DNA of 61,253 bases, filler included, from Piptocephalis cylindrospora (GCA_003614145.1; 10 parts of 10 records of this genome joined end to end with filler, not necessarily neighbours in it); one strand, 5' to 3'; positions 1 to 13,528 are shown, counted from the first letter of the whole stretch. The notes: generated by a model not told the origin, from the sequence alone. Numbers and translations are program-made.

Positions 1-643
1 GGGTGAGGTGCAGACCTATAACATTTGACAAAAATGGAAGGAGAGTACAAAGGTAGGGGATCCTTGTGCTCCCAATGCTGTATGGCCTCCTCAGCCCTTC
101 CCACAAAAAGTCATCATGCAGCCCTAGTGGACACTGTGTCCACCACCCGCCCATCCTCCACACACAGATTGGGACGATTAGGGGCAACGTCCCAACCCCC
201 CCTCTCCATTCCTCCCCCCGTCGCAGCCTCTTCGTTTAGCAACACGCTGGCTCCATGAACCCGAAAATCTGGTAGTGAGGCGAAGGTAGAAAAGGATGAG
301 GTTTTTTCTCGTCAATCGTCCCTCGCTCCCCCTTCCACCCCTATCCGACCATCCATCACTTTCTTTCCCTCCTTCAAACATCCATTCATCCCTTCCCCAT
401 CCACCTGTTACTCTTCTCTACCATTCTTCTCACACTCACCCTAACCTACCCGTTGTTTCAAAGCATTGTCATTCATCCTCCACTTCATTCATCGTACCAT
501 CCTTCAATCCCCCATCGCCAGCCCCCCCTCTCATCCTCCAATTTCCAATCAATCATTTCTCCCCATTCATTATTTCCCCCATCCACCTTCATCTCCCCAG
601 CCCTCTCTCCACCTCTCTACCCTAATCATTCCCCTCATCTGCC

Positions 644-1036
644 ATGTCTTTTTTCCATTCCTCTGCCCAGCACGTTTCTTACTCGATCCCGCCCTCGGAT
701 CTCCTTCCTGCAGTCTCCACTGTACAGGATGGAGCAACTGCCCAAGGTCAGAGGCACCCAGTGGAAGGGCCAACCCTTCCAATTGCCAAGTTTGACCTGC
801 ATCAATTCCTCTGTATGTTGGATGAGGAACCTCAAGTTGACGAGGAGGGCGGGACCATACGGTATCTTGATGAGCTATTTGAAGCCGATTACCTTGCACA
901 ATCCAGTAGATCCAGCTCTCTGGACAGCGGATTCCATCCCAACGCGTCCTCGGATAAACCCTATTATGATGCTGATGAATCATCCTACTCTCCTTCCGTT
1001 ACCCCTCCCTCTCGCGATTTGGAGAGGAGGATTTGA
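644..1036 (+). CDS. Hypothetical 130-aa acidic protein
   Basis: ATG ORF following a long CT-rich leader like those upstream of other genes in this window; protein-like composition but no recognised motif. Confidence 0.3.
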   Translation: MSFFHSSAQHVSYSIPPSDLLPAVSTVQDGATAQGQRHPVEGPTLPIAKFDLHQFLCMLDEEPQVDEEGGTIRYLDELFEADYLAQSSRSSSLDSGFHPNASSDKPYYDADESSYSPSVTPPSRDLERRI

Positions 1037-4000
1037 TCCTTTTCAAGTCCCGCTCTGCTGGAGTGAGGGGGGGCCCTAGAGAGGGATGGACATGGTCCTT
1101 TTGCGCCTGGACCACCCCGCTCCCCCAATCCCCCTTCTTTTGGCATTGAATGGGATACCATGTTGAGAATCGTCCTTGTTTCCTTCGCTGTATCCATTTT
1201 CATGTCATCTCCATCCCTCACCAATCTCACAACCTGTTTATCTTTCCGTTCCTTTGTCCACATCCAATCCTTTCACTTCCTCATCTCTTTTCCTTCCCCC
1301 CTCCCTTTTTCTCTTTCTATTCATTTTACTTCAATCTTCCAATATCTTATTTTTTTATCCTTATATCTCAGAGGCTGCCTAGTTGATTTCTATTTGTTTT
1401 GAGCGACAAAGGTGGAAACGCTTGTATCTGCAGGGCTCGTCTGAATGGTCGCCATGGCGAAGGTTTTCCAAGGGCAGGCCCGGATTTTGATACTCCGGCG
1501 TAAACCACTTAAATTTCGTACACCGTGAAACAAGCCATCCCTCAGCATGGGAGGCTACCTCCCTCCCATCCCTAACATTTTCCCCTCTGTGCTCTCCCCT
1601 TGATCCCTGCTCCCCAAGCTTCATGTTGTCCCACAAGGGCTTACCCTATCTTCCCCCTTTACACGAGCTTTACGTGAAGAGCCCATGAAAAAGAGGCGCT
1701 CGCATATCATTGTGATGGACCATTCTAGCAAGTGAGTGAGAGGACGGGGGAAGGGTGAAGATGACTAGGGTGAATGGACTGAGAAAATGTATGGGCATGG
1801 CAAAAGAAGGATAACTGACTATACTCTGCAGCACGATGGGTTGATGTAGGCCTTACCAATCAGTCGGGTCCAACCGGTAGCATCCCACATGCAAAGAACT
1901 GAGAGGGCGATCCAACGGAAATGCGATGGCAGAGTCGGGTAGGACACACATCCGTGGGGGAAGGGGAGAGATGCTCATACTGTCTATCAAAGCACCCAGG
2001 TATTGGGACATGTTACCGCCGATCCTTGGACTGTTAAGGTGGGGGAGGGACGAAAAGAGGGGGAAAAAGACGAAAGAGAAGAGGGCACAATAGTACAGGG
2101 GAGGCGCCAAGCTCCGCCCATAAGGCGTCCACCGTACTTATCGTATTGTACCTTGGAGGTTCGACTGGGCCCGATTGGCCGGAATGTCCTGTCAACTCCG
2201 CCTACACATTATCAGTGCAGCTTGTGATGACCGTCAGGAGAGGACAGGCTTTACTGGAGTGTGTGGTCCGGGGGCTACTATGAGATGCTGAGGCGGGGAT
2301 TGGTTAAGCAGACGTGGTTTGACCTTGTGTCAACTCCGCCCTTTTTTTACCTTTCACGCTTACAGTTGGTGTGTGGAAAGAGGCTCGCCTTTGGCTGGAC
2401 AAAACCCTATATGTTGGTCCCTCTAGTTGGCAACCTTGGGGCGGCTTGACTGGTTCGCACCCTTCTTGCTCCCCTCGTGTTGTTGCCTCATGAAGGGAGA
2501 ATACAGTAGTTCCGTTGCCGGGGTTAAGCTTGGGGGTCCAGAAATACTGGTGTGCATAGGGAGAGGGAAATGCCAAGGAAAAAGGACCAAGATCCAAAGA
2601 GAGCTTCAAAAAGTGAGAGGTAAACCACAATGGCATTCTTAACTGTATCTACCGGTAGTACGAGACAAAGGGTAGTTTGAAGCACAAGGCCTAGGTGATT
2701 CATGATAGCCACACATAATATAACCATCGTTATTAGTCCTTTTATCGCATATCAAATATGTCCTATTTCGGTACTATAAAGGATTTAGATCTTCTGTACA
2801 AAGAGTAGAAAGGCGAATACGATATCGCGTGGATCTCTTGCTGACTGACCCAAGGGACCATCCATCCAGTCATGAATAGACGGACAGGCAATGCTATTCT
2901 GTAAGGATCTACTCCAAGTATTCTCATGGAATGTTCCATTCATGTTACATTTTTAAAAAAAGACGTAGAGCACTCGATTGTGCATTGAATGACTAAATCA
3001 GTCCATCACCTCACCATTCCACATTCCAAAGGAAGGGAAAGGGTGCATACGTATGTACATTGTATGCGGCACCAGGGGACGATCGTGTTAGGCTGTGTGG
3101 GAGAGGGGAGAGGACGCGGTTTGTTGTTGCTGTGTGCGTCCTTTCCCCCTCCCCCGCCTTCCCCTTGGCAACGATGATGCGCAAGGAAGGAGGAATACTG
3201 GCATGTAGAGATAAAGGAGATGTACAGCGGAAACACAGGTGGGGTCACTCGGCAATTCTCCCTGTCCACTGGATCATTACCACTCATAACCCCCCATCCA
3301 CGTTTAGTCGTACAGGATACGATCTGCGGGCCTAATCCGAAAAGGATCTCCTCCCCCTGTGGGGCATCGAATTATTCACTTACAATCAGAGGAATGCCTG
3401 TGCAACAGGCTGACATGGTCATTATCTCCCCTTACTAAATGGCTGAAAGCTCAAATCACTACGAATAGCTCACCAGCCTTGATAACCACTCTCCATTGTT
3501 CTTCCCACCCCCCTCTCTTTTCTTTCCCCATAGTACTGAATGTTTTGTTTAGGGGCCCAAAGTAAAGGGGTCAAATTGAAAGTGATGAGGGGTACTGGCA
3601 TGATAAGCCGTGATGTGCGCTGATCCACGTTTATTCTATTGTGCCGCCTCGGGGTAATGGTGAGAGATGATGAGATGACCTTGGGGGGTATGGTCCTTTG
3701 ATCGAGGATCTCGTCTTATTCTATAGATGACAAAAATAAGGAGAGGCTACATGGGGTAAGAGGGTCACGCCAGTACACCCATGCAAAGCTATAAATGCTG
3801 CTGGATGGATCAGCACTCCTTGAGCCTTCCCTCCGCCCGTTCCCTCTGCCAACCCTTTGATCTGATCCTGGTTCCTTCCCCTCATTATCCGCAACATTGT
3901 ATAGCCCCTTCACAGCCACACTGCACTCAAGTTTCTCAGGATGCAGATCGTCGCTCATCCATCTCCCCGGGCACCTAGGGTGCCCGGGTCCATCCCATTT

Positions 4001-5850
4001 ACTCGACCAAATCAAATGCGAAAACCTTCAGATTCTTTACCAGAGGTGCTAACGCTTGTAAAACGCAAGCCGAGCAATGGAAACCGTGGGGCCCTCCCCG
4101 TTGCCCGCTTTCCCTCTCTTACTAGTCTTGGGGGAATCCGGGCGCGAACCATTGAGGACGCGTAACCCCCCTCCCCCCTTTCCCGCACGCTTCCTACCAC
4201 CTCTATTTCCCGTTCTTTCCCCTTTTTAAAAAACGCAACCCCTTTCAAAGGGGGCACGACCTACGCCCCCATTCCCTTTTCTGACACCATTTCTTTTCTT
4301 CCCACCGCCCATGCGGTCCACCTTTTACTGGATACATTTGAGCTTCACTTTAAAATTACATACTGTGTGAAATCCATTGGGTAAAAGCACTAGGGATAAT
4401 GTGATGACATTGCAGGTGAAGAGTCGGTATAAGCGACGTCCCCGTTTTAGTTGATTTGTATTATGAATATTTGGCCTTGAAGGAGTGCCCTATTTCAATG
4501 GGATGCAGGTACATTATATAAACATGATAGTTTTGTTCTCCTTTAAGAGCATAGTAGATGCGGTGATCTTTTGGGAACAAAGAAATCCTTTCTTTTGTAT
4601 ATAGGAGCAAATCATGGGCTAGGGATCCTAATTGGAGAGCCATTTTTGCTGATAATATCAACATCACGTCCATCAACATGCTCATTGATGAAGACAGAGA
4701 CAATGACGCATCTTGATACACGTCGTCATATGCTATTTTACATGATGTCCTGTCGGCTAATTTTTACTGCACTAATCATTGCTGCTAAGATACTCGAGAC
4801 ACCTGCATCAATTCCTTGTACAGAGGCCCTCATGGGGCCCCTGATAGGTGAATAGGGACTGCCCATGGACATGATCTCCTCCCTTTCTCAACTCTCCCAC
4901 GAGCTGCCTCGAGATGATCTGGACATTCCCTTTGTCCCCTCCTCGGCTCATACTGCCTCCCTAAAACTTAACCTAAGAACCCCTCTGATTTTACCCCCTC
5001 CCATTGGCATGTATCCACCTGGGTTGATCCCTCCTCACTCTTCCCCCGCGATGTGGAGACGTCTATCGATGGGCACAAGGGAAGTAAAGTATAGGTGGGT
5101 AGGTCGCTCTTCCTTTTAAACCACCACCACCGTCTCTGCCGGTGCAGATCACTCTTCCACGACTGCCCTGGTCATTGCGGATACCACCTGATCCTGTGGT
5201 CCTTTGGGATTTTAACATCTCCCGGTTACCCTCGGTCTCCCATCACCAGGCCAAGCTCTTTTCCCGTCGGACTTGACGCCCATCGGAGCTTTCCCCTTCG
5301 CTAGCGGACTTCGGTTGTGGTAGCATAAGGCCTCTTTCAGACTCCGCTATGTCGCATAGTGCCTGTGTGACGTCGCCCTTTGGATTTGACCCCTCGTTCG
5401 CTCGCTCGCTTCATCCCCTGGAGTGCTCACCTAGGTCCTCCTCTCCTGGATGCATCAACGGGCATCGCTGTGTCTCATCCCATCACCCAGGAGACGACGG
5501 GTGCTCTGGAGTGCCCTGGGACTTGTCCAGATAGGATAGGAAGGGGGCCAGAGGACCGGGTGGCAAGTGGTATTCGTCAGACGGACATTCCCTCAGCATG
5601 GATATGCACCTGTGTCGGAGGGTCAGAAAGAGGGAGGGAGGGGGGAAGGCCCTTTGGATATCCTGGGTGATCATCGTCCATAAAGACAAGGATATAACAA
5701 GGTTTCAACTCATTTTCCTCTTCCTAACCCTTTCCTTGGCCCTCCCTCTTTTCCTTTCTTCCCTCGTCCCGTTTCTTTGCCTTAAAGTGCCGCCTCTTCC
5801 GACCTCACTCCTCCTCTCCCATATCTCCTTTCCCAATCTTCAGAAAATCC

Positions 5851-6087
5851 ATGGCCGTCCCCTCATCTCCCAACTGCTCTGTGCCCTCCCCTACCACCCC
5901 AACCTCATCCCCCAATTCCACTTCGCTTCCCCACGGTGCCATTGTTGTTGTCCGACTTCGGCCCATCCTTCCTGAAAACCAACTGGAATCTTCTTCCTCC
6001 CTCCTCCCGCCCACACCATCATCCTCTTTCCTTCCTTCTTTTATCGACACTTTCTCTTGTGTCCCCATTTCTTCACAGCATCTTCCG
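5851..6087 (+). CDS. Probable kinesin-family motor protein, N-terminal fragment (runs off contig)
   Basis: ATG after a CT-rich leader; GAIVVVRLRP matches the VxVRxRP first strand of kinesin motor domains; ORF is open to the contig end. Confidence 0.45.
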
Positions 6088-6187
6088 NNNNNNNNNNNNN
6101 NNNNNNNNNNNNNNNNNNNNNNNNNNNNNNNTTAATTAATTAANNNNNNNNNNNNNNNNNNNNNNNNNNNNNNNNNNNNNNNNNNNN
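6088..6187. other. Artificial contig spacer (N44-TTAATTAATTAA-N44)
   Basis: 100-nt linker with stop codons in all six frames; identical at all nine joins. Confidence 0.99.
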
Positions 6188-7207
6188 GTAAGATGAATGG
6201 CTCGTATCACGAGGACCACCGGACCTCTTCTTCAACGAACCGTCCCCCTCATCATCACTTAATCCCCCACGACTTGTGAGAGGGAAATTATCCGGTTCAC
6301 AGTAGGCCTTCCAGTAGGTGGAGGAAGAGCTGAAGGGGAGGAGAGCCCCTGGGGATCCGATTGAATGAACCATCCAGGGCATCTCCACTTCCACGACACT
6401 CCCGTTCCTCAGACGTAAGGTCCATGAAATTATAGGAGAAGAGGGCAGGAATGATCGATGGGTGTAATCTCCAGGTATGGTGAACCAATCGGTACCATTA
6501 AACCTTACGGAAGAAAGGGTTTTCTGCAGACGAGTCATGGGATCTTTGAACTTTCCAATCGATTTGTCCGCCCATCGCTGCAGATGATCCAAGGCGGCTT
6601 CTCCGTGGATACGTATAATTTCGGCCCCCTGGTACACCTGGTTCTCGGAAGGGGCCATGCGTGAAATAGCATGAACATAAAGAACAATGGGTCCAATGAT
6701 GGATCCGTTTCTGGTTCTGGTGTGATGAGCCATGATGGAGAAGGGCTGACTGTAGGAGAGTTGCTGGAAACAGTTGGGAGAATAGGCAAGATGGCCATCA
6801 TTAAGCTGAGTAAAGGCATTCATCAGAGCCCTTTGAAAGGAAAGTTGATTGGGAAAAGAGGAGAGCCGATTTTCCACAGGGTCTAGGATTTCCTTGACCT
6901 GTATAGGATATTGGCCTGGCAGGCTGGATGGGGGATGGGCTGCCCACTCTTGGAAAAAATACATGTCCAGCGTCTTGTTCAAGGAATGAAGAGTCTCACG
7001 GGCTTGGCGCGCTGAGATGGGAAATGAAGTGAGGCAAGCATTGGCGATGGACCATGACGTGGTGGGATGATGAGTGAGTGATGTGGCTAGTGAGGTGCAC
7101 GGATCCACTGTGGAGATTCCTTTAGCGGGACAATAATTGGAAATGATGATTAAAGTAAATGGGATAAAGTGAAAGAAGCCGTTGTAAGGATGACCTGGGA
7201 GTAGCAT
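6188..7207 (-). CDS. Secreted peptidase S41-family (CPAF-like) protein, N-terminal part, truncated at contig edge
   Basis: Hydrophobic N-terminus, then DPC...ACLTSFP...MYFF...FQRALMNAFTQLNDGHLAYSPNCF and a PDZ-like GAEIIRIHGEAALDHL segment, typical of fungal S41 proteins. The catalytic C-terminal half is not in the contig. Confidence 0.7.
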
Positions 7208-8101
7208 GATGGGTCGATGATGAAGTATAGAGAGATGAGGCGCGTTCTGGAGGAGGGCTATGAATTTATGAAGGGACTTTTACCAGAGCGACGTTCTGAT
7301 GAGCTCATTATATGTGGGTTCATGATAAAAGGTTGACCACAGAGAGTATACTGGGGATGATTTCATTAGAGAGTGGGAGGATGGAGCATCCAAGCAAACA
7401 AATGCACCTCTTTTATATTGTTCTCGATTGTCTCATCCATGATGAGATTCGGATGAATGCGCATGAATCACCCAAAAGTCCAATATACCTTGGTGACACA
7501 GTAAAGGAGACAAGGGTATGTCGTGTCAAAGCCATCTTGGAAGGTTAGACAAGATTAGAGGGAGGGGCCCCGTGTTTACTGACCATTGTGAGTAGAAAAG
7601 GAATTGTTCAGCAGCGACCACTTGCACTGGGCATTGTTGTATGAATGAAGTACCTTGACTAGGGGTAGGCTTTGTGTATTATCTAGACCTCGGATAGTTC
7701 CGAGAATTCAGCCATTTCTCCACTTGAGTCATCTTACTAGTCATAGCCCCTTATCTTTAGCGAGATATCGAGCAAGGAGATGCTTGATCCTACCTAAAGA
7801 TTGTCAATCGTTTTCGAGACACTCTCGCCATCAAAAGGCTACAGTGGACACTATGAACCCTTCCTGTCTAGAATTCGGGGTCCAATTCGTGGTAGTGTAG
7901 CGTTTGTGCGCACCACTTTTTTTCTTTTTTTCCAGTGACAGCAAAGTATATGACTCAGTCCTCTCTGCTCAGCCCACACTGAAATGATGCCTGGACTATG
8001 GCGGTTGATCCACACTTTGCCTACCACACCCAGCAAATGGACCTGGGACGTGGATATTGACTCCTTTCTCCCTTTCCTTCCCTCATCCACCTTACTCGAA
8101 T

Positions 8102-10332
8102 ATGTCTTCCTCCAAAGACACCATCCAGACCGATTGGGTTGACAACAAGGCATCCTTCGAGACCCTTGAGCTCGACTCTCGACTACTCCGAGCCCTGGCT
8201 AAGCTCAACTTTACCCATCCGACTCTGGTGCAGGCCAAAGCCATCCCACTCATTCTGCAGGGGAAGGATGTGCTGGCCCGAGCAGCGACTGGCTCGGGGA
8301 AAACGGCAGCCTATGCCCTTCCCGTCCTAGAAAAGGTCCTTCGGCGCAAGGCCCAGCAGGAGGAGGAGGCGACGTTTTCCCCCTCATCCGGCGGGGCTAG
8401 TGCCCTGATCCTGGTGCCCACCCGGGAACTGGCGGCTCAGGTGACAAATCAGCTAGGATCCCTTACCTTTTACTGTCGGAAGCTCATCAGCGTGGTGAAT
8501 GTGGCCACGAGCACGGTCCCTGCCCTGCTGCAAGGCCCTCTTCTGGCCGCCAACCCGGACATTATCGTCGGGACCCCCTCCCGGATCGTGGAGCACCTTT
8601 CTTCCGGGACCCTGAATCTTCGTACTTCCTTGGAAACCTTGGTGGTGGACGAAGCGGATCTTGTTCTATCATTTGGGTACAGCGAGGATGTCAAGTCGAT
8701 CCTTGACTATCTGCCCCGGATTCACCAGTCCTTGCTCATGTCAGCCACGCTGACCCAAGAAGTTGATGGCCTAAAGCAGCTGATGCTTCGTAACCCCGCG
8801 ATCCTGCGATTGGAGGAGGCTGAGGCTCAGGCCGAGACGGGAGAGGGTACTGGATCCCAGCTCTCCCAATATGTAGTCAATTGTGGTGAGCGGGAAAAGT
8901 TCCTGTTCCTCTACGTGATCCTCAAGCTTCAGCTCATCCGGGGCAAGATCCTCATTTTTGTCAATGGGATTGATCGGTGCTATCGGGTCAAGCTATTCCT
9001 CGAGCAATTCTCTATTCGATCCTGTGTCCTTAACTCGGAGTTGCCCTTGAACTCTCGGTAAGCCTTGAGGGATGGGATGGGATGGGTTAGGATACGATAA
9101 TTACTCCCTCTCACCCTATTGCCCCTTTCTGCTTATAGTTACCATATTGTCGAGGAGTTTAATCGTGGAGTGTATGATTATATTATCGCCACGGACGAAA
9201 GCGACCTTCAACAAGAGCGGGATAGTGAGGAGAAGGAAGAGGAGGAAGAGGAGGAAAGCGTTGAGACCAATGGTGTTGAGGAGGTAGCGGGAGAAGAAGA
9301 AGAAGAAGAAGAGGACGACAAGGAAGACGACGAGACCGAGAGTGAGGAAGAGGACGGTACTGAGGAGGAGCAGGCTGATGAGGCCAACTCTGCCCCCGAC
9401 TCCAAGTCCCAAGGTACGCAGACTATATTGCTATTGTGGTTTACATCATTATCTCACTTCATTCCTCTTTCACCGGTAGTAGAAAAGAAAAAGAAGAAAT
9501 CTCACCGGAAACAGGATAAGGAATACGGTGTGTCCCGGGGAGTGGACTTTGTGGATGTGGCAGCGGTGGTGAACTTTGATTTCCCGGCGTCGGCCCGATC
9601 CTACACGCATCGGGTGGGTCGATCAGCACGTGGGCACCAAAAGGGGATGAGTCTTAGCTTTGTGGTGCCTAAGAGTGAAGGGGATAAGGAGGACCGGCAG
9701 ATGCGCAAGGAAAAGAAGCTTCGAGGAGAGGAGCTGGATGAAGTGGTGTATGCGCGTGTTTTGGAAGAGCAGGCATCACGGCAACGAGAGATCAAGCCGT
9801 ACACTTTTGACCGGAAGCAGGTGGAGGGTTTCCAGTACCGAATGGAAGATGCACTTCGGGCAGTCACCCGGGTATCGGTCCGGGAGGCTCGGATTAAAGA
9901 ATTGAAGTCAGAGATTCTTCACTCCCAACGACTCAAGACTCATTTTGAGGACCGACCCGGAGATCTTGCCTTCCTCCGACACGATCGAGCTCTCCACCCG
10001 GCCCGAGTTCAGGCGCACATGCGAAATGTGCCCAAGTACCTGATGCCAAAGATCACAGTGGCAGGCCAGCCGGCCGAAAAGGAGAGGAGCATTGGCTTTG
10101 TGCCCTTTACTAAATCCAAGAACACGCGGAAGCGCAAGACACTTTCTGCTGCTGCCAAGGTAAGTGCATGTGGCTAGGCTGGCGATGATGCTTATTGAAC
10201 CCTTACTCATGAATCTGTGTGATGGGGGGTAAGCAGAAGAAGCAACGGGATCCACTGAGGACATTCAAGGCTAGAGGAGACGGTGGTGGAGGAAAGCGTC
10301 CGGTAAGTCTGAATGGATGTGATAGGGCCTAG
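8102..10332 (+). CDS. DBP9: ATP-dependent DEAD-box RNA helicase DBP9/DDX56 (exons ~8102-9057, 9139-9413, 9480/9483-10159, 10237-~10332)
   Basis: Motifs PTLVQ, ATGSGKT, PTRELA, DEAD, SAT, YGVSRGVDF, YTHRVGRSAR, LNSELPLNSR and C-terminal DPLRTFK; GT-AG introns restore the frame. The 3' end is slightly uncertain. Confidence 0.93.
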
Positions 10333-10618
10333 ATAGGAGCCAATGAGCTAATCCCTCCGTACTCCTACTGTATGATCTATCTGTAGCGGACATAAGTCGG
10401 GAGCCCGAGACAAGGGAGAGGGGAGGAAAAGAGGGAAGAGGGAAAGGGCACGAAAGATCTCGCATAAAGAAATAGACATGTGCTGTGATGAATCCTCCAC
10501 TCTGCCCTCATTATAGATGCTATAGTCTTTAACGGAAATATCGGTGCAAATAAGTGAAAACAATACAATCACTCGTCGTATCTACTTTTTCCATCCTCTC
10601 ATCCCTCTCGCCACATGG

Positions 10619-12188
10619 TTAATCCATTTGTTGCTTCCCATCTAGGATGAGCTGAGCTTCCCGTCGTTTGACCATCTCCCGGTATTCAAACATGATTTGG
10701 ACAGAGACGAAGATGCAGAAAAGACATCCCATGACAAACCAGATACCATCTACGGTGAAAATGTCGGAGATCATCTGCTTGATCCCATCGATACCGACGG
10801 CAAAGCCGACGAGATTGGCAATCATCATCATGAGGATGTTGAAGACGGCTCCACAGGCAGCTAGATGCCTAAACCAGGACTTTTTCTGTGGGGAGAGCGA
10901 GTTAGAGGTATAGACATGCCCAGATGCACTCAGGAAAGGACGGATCTTACCCTAAGGGGTCGAGTCAGATAGATAGCGAGGAACTCGGGGAGGATGAAGA
11001 GGGAGATGAGCCAGCCCCAGGCAAGAAGCCTGAGACGTAGGTCGTGCCAGAGGGCGACAAAGGTGAAGACGACCCAGATGTTGTACATGGCATACCGGGT
11101 ACCCCCGAGGGGGATGTAGATGTAGCGGATGGTCCAACGATTGTAGGACCTGTGCCAATGTCGCCAAAAGTCCTGTGCGCCGTAATTGTTGGTCATGCAC
11201 CTGGTCATGTTCTCCTCGGTGATGATGCCATCGGCCATGGCCCAGAGACGGAAGAAGCGCCAGATGATGAGGAGCTTGAGCCAGATGTTGTTGAGGATGA
11301 AGTAGCCGATCATGCTGATCTGCATGGGGGAAAAGCCGGACCAGGATTTGGTGTTGGAGATGGCAACGACGTAGATGTAATGGAGGAGAAGTTCCATGAG
11401 GAGGGCGACGGCGACCCAGCGAATGGCGTACTTGATGGTGAACCACGGGTTGCCAAGTTCTTTACGAGGAAGACGGATCTGGGTGATAAAGTCGTTGAAG
11501 GTGATGATGGGGCCGGCGAGGAAGAGGGGCAGGTAGAGGGTGTAGGCGAGGTAGTGAAGCAAGGAGTATTCTGAAAGGGGGAGGGGCCTCTGAACGCGTT
11601 GCTTTGGGGTGGGGGAGGAGGAGTCTATGGCTTCCTCGAGAGCCTCGTAGCCCTGACGAATGGCCCAGAAGTAATCTAGATTGTAGGAGATCATGCGGAG
11701 CATGGAGAAGTTAAAGTGGACCTCCCAGCGACCAAGGAGCCCGGTGTGGGCGTCGAGTGGGGCAAGGAAGGAGGCTATATCGGCAAAGTACCATGGGTAC
11801 CACTCGTTGATGAGAAGGATGCCCAGGGTCCATATCCAGGAGATGACAGGGTTGGCCCTGTGCCCACGGAACTGGGCCGAGATGGCGTAATTGACACCGA
11901 GGATCATGAGCATCTTGAGGAGGCCCGAGCCAAAGGCAATGACCATGAAGATGAGTGAGGAAATGATGGCATAGTAGATGCGAGCGTTCTGTCGAATCTC
12001 CAATGGTCGATCTCGAAGGAGGTATGCCAGGATTCGCGAAATGATGGAGTGACCAATGACCACCGGGATGAGGAGGGGCAGATTATCCCGGAAGCCGCCG
12101 TACTGGGGATCGCTATCATCCACCATTCTCCCAAAAATCCATCCTTGAGAGAGATGGTGGGCGTACAAGGCGTAATTGGGCTGTTTAT
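10619..12188 (-). CDS. GUP1: MBOAT-family O-acyltransferase, GUP1/HHAT-like (exons 12188-10951, 10885-10619; 5' exon(s) off contig)
   Basis: LSQGWIFGRMVDDSDPQY, FNFSMLRMISYNLDY, LFLAGPIITFNDF, ENMTRCM, FWRHWHRSYNRW, YIYIPLGG, FVALWHD (catalytic His), MMMIANLVGF. Confidence 0.92.
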
Positions 12189-12261
12189 CTGAAGAGGTGT
12201 GTGAGAGGGGGTGAGATGTGCCGTATGGTTGCTGTTGGTTCAGGCTCGCTGTCTCGCCTCG

Positions 12262-12361
12262 NNNNNNNNNNNNNNNNNNNNNNNNNNNNNNNNNNNNNNN
12301 NNNNNTTAATTAATTAANNNNNNNNNNNNNNNNNNNNNNNNNNNNNNNNNNNNNNNNNNNN
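12262..12361. other. Artificial contig spacer
   Basis: N44-TTAATTAATTAA-N44. Confidence 0.99.
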
Positions 12362-13528
12362 TATTAAATAGACATTGGAGTGGTGTAGGAGGGGAAGAAT
12401 GGCGACGTACATTATCTGGATGAGGTGCCCTTTTATATCCATCAGGCATCTCCTGTACTAGAGGAAGGGAGAGACTAATAGCAAGAGCCGAGTGAAACCG
12501 ATTTCTTGGGACACAGGGAACATCTGGTCTATCCTTACCACTTGAGACATATGGGCTATAAGCAAGCTTCCTCTTGCTTCTTGTCTATAGGGTGACTAGC
12601 GAGGAAAGAATAGGGGCTACTCTAAGGTGACGTGGGGATGATCATCCAGGCAAGATCAGAATTTCCCGGATAGGGAAGATGATGCGCTGCGATATGAGTG
12701 GGGGACGACTTTACCACCACACCTTAATCTAAGCCCTATCAAACGCACATGCCCAGCCACACTAGGAAAGACGATTTCCCGATTTGGTGCTGGATGACAC
12801 TCATGTCGCGCGTAATGGCGATACAGTGGACGATTTGCACGAGCACACAGAATCGGAGAGTCTCCCAACATGATGCAGATGGAGTGATTGTGGCAAGGAC
12901 CCTACGGTTAGTAGCACTCATGGGGCAATGGATGAAGCATAAACAACCTCCTCTCCGTGGCTCCATCCCTAAGTCCACTCCCTCATAAATAATCTAGACA
13001 GAGACAGAGACCCTTTCCTTGAGATATCTTGAGGGGCCCTGGTCATTTAGCAGAGGTCGGTAAGGGATGTGTGCACTTGCCCTTGGGTACAGTTACGATA
13101 TGTGTTGGTCAAGATGGATGCTATGTCTTTCCTCTCCCAACATCCCATACACTCTTGTGTGAGGCCCCATGCAGAGGGGTAATGTCTCTACATCAAAGGG
13201 TACCCATTTATCTGATGAGCTCTCCTTGAAGCGATAGCTCTCAGCACCCTTAGGTCGGTCTCTTATCACTGTTTATCCCGCTTGAAGAATCCGTCAAGAG
13301 TTCCCGGATGGTTGTTTAATACGATTGCCAATGACCGTTTCATCAACCAGTTGCCATGGGGCGTGATGTGCTCAATCGAGTATATATCAGAAGGAGACTG
13401 ATGCAGAAAGGCATTTCATCGTGCTCCTTCCTCATCCGTCATTTTATTCGCCTCCTCATCTACCCCCTACCTCCTATCCATCTGCCCTCTACTCATACCC
13501 ATTCAACCGTTCTTCACGTTCATCCATC

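Noticed and set aside
2190..2340. 13-bp direct repeat TGTCAACTCCGCC (two copies) and an RNase MRP-like GGGGCTACT
   Set aside because: Only two copies, and no matching GAAAGTCCCC partner for the P4 helix.
4316..4333. U5 snRNA loop-like CCTTTTAC hairpin
   Set aside because: Lacks the invariant G of GCCTTTTAC, the extended stem and a good Sm site.
4571..4855. Cyclin-like phrase RLIFTALIIAAK
   Set aside because: No other cyclin-box helices; the DNA looks like an intron 3' end or non-coding sequence.
5723..5731. CCTAACCCT as a possible telomerase RNA template
   Set aside because: A single 9-mer inside a CT-rich gene leader with no adjacent pseudoknot; compatible with chance.
6132..6143. Regularly spaced TTAATTAATTAA motif about every 6.1 kb
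   Set aside because: Artificial six-frame-stop linker inside N runs; not a biological repeat or CRISPR array.
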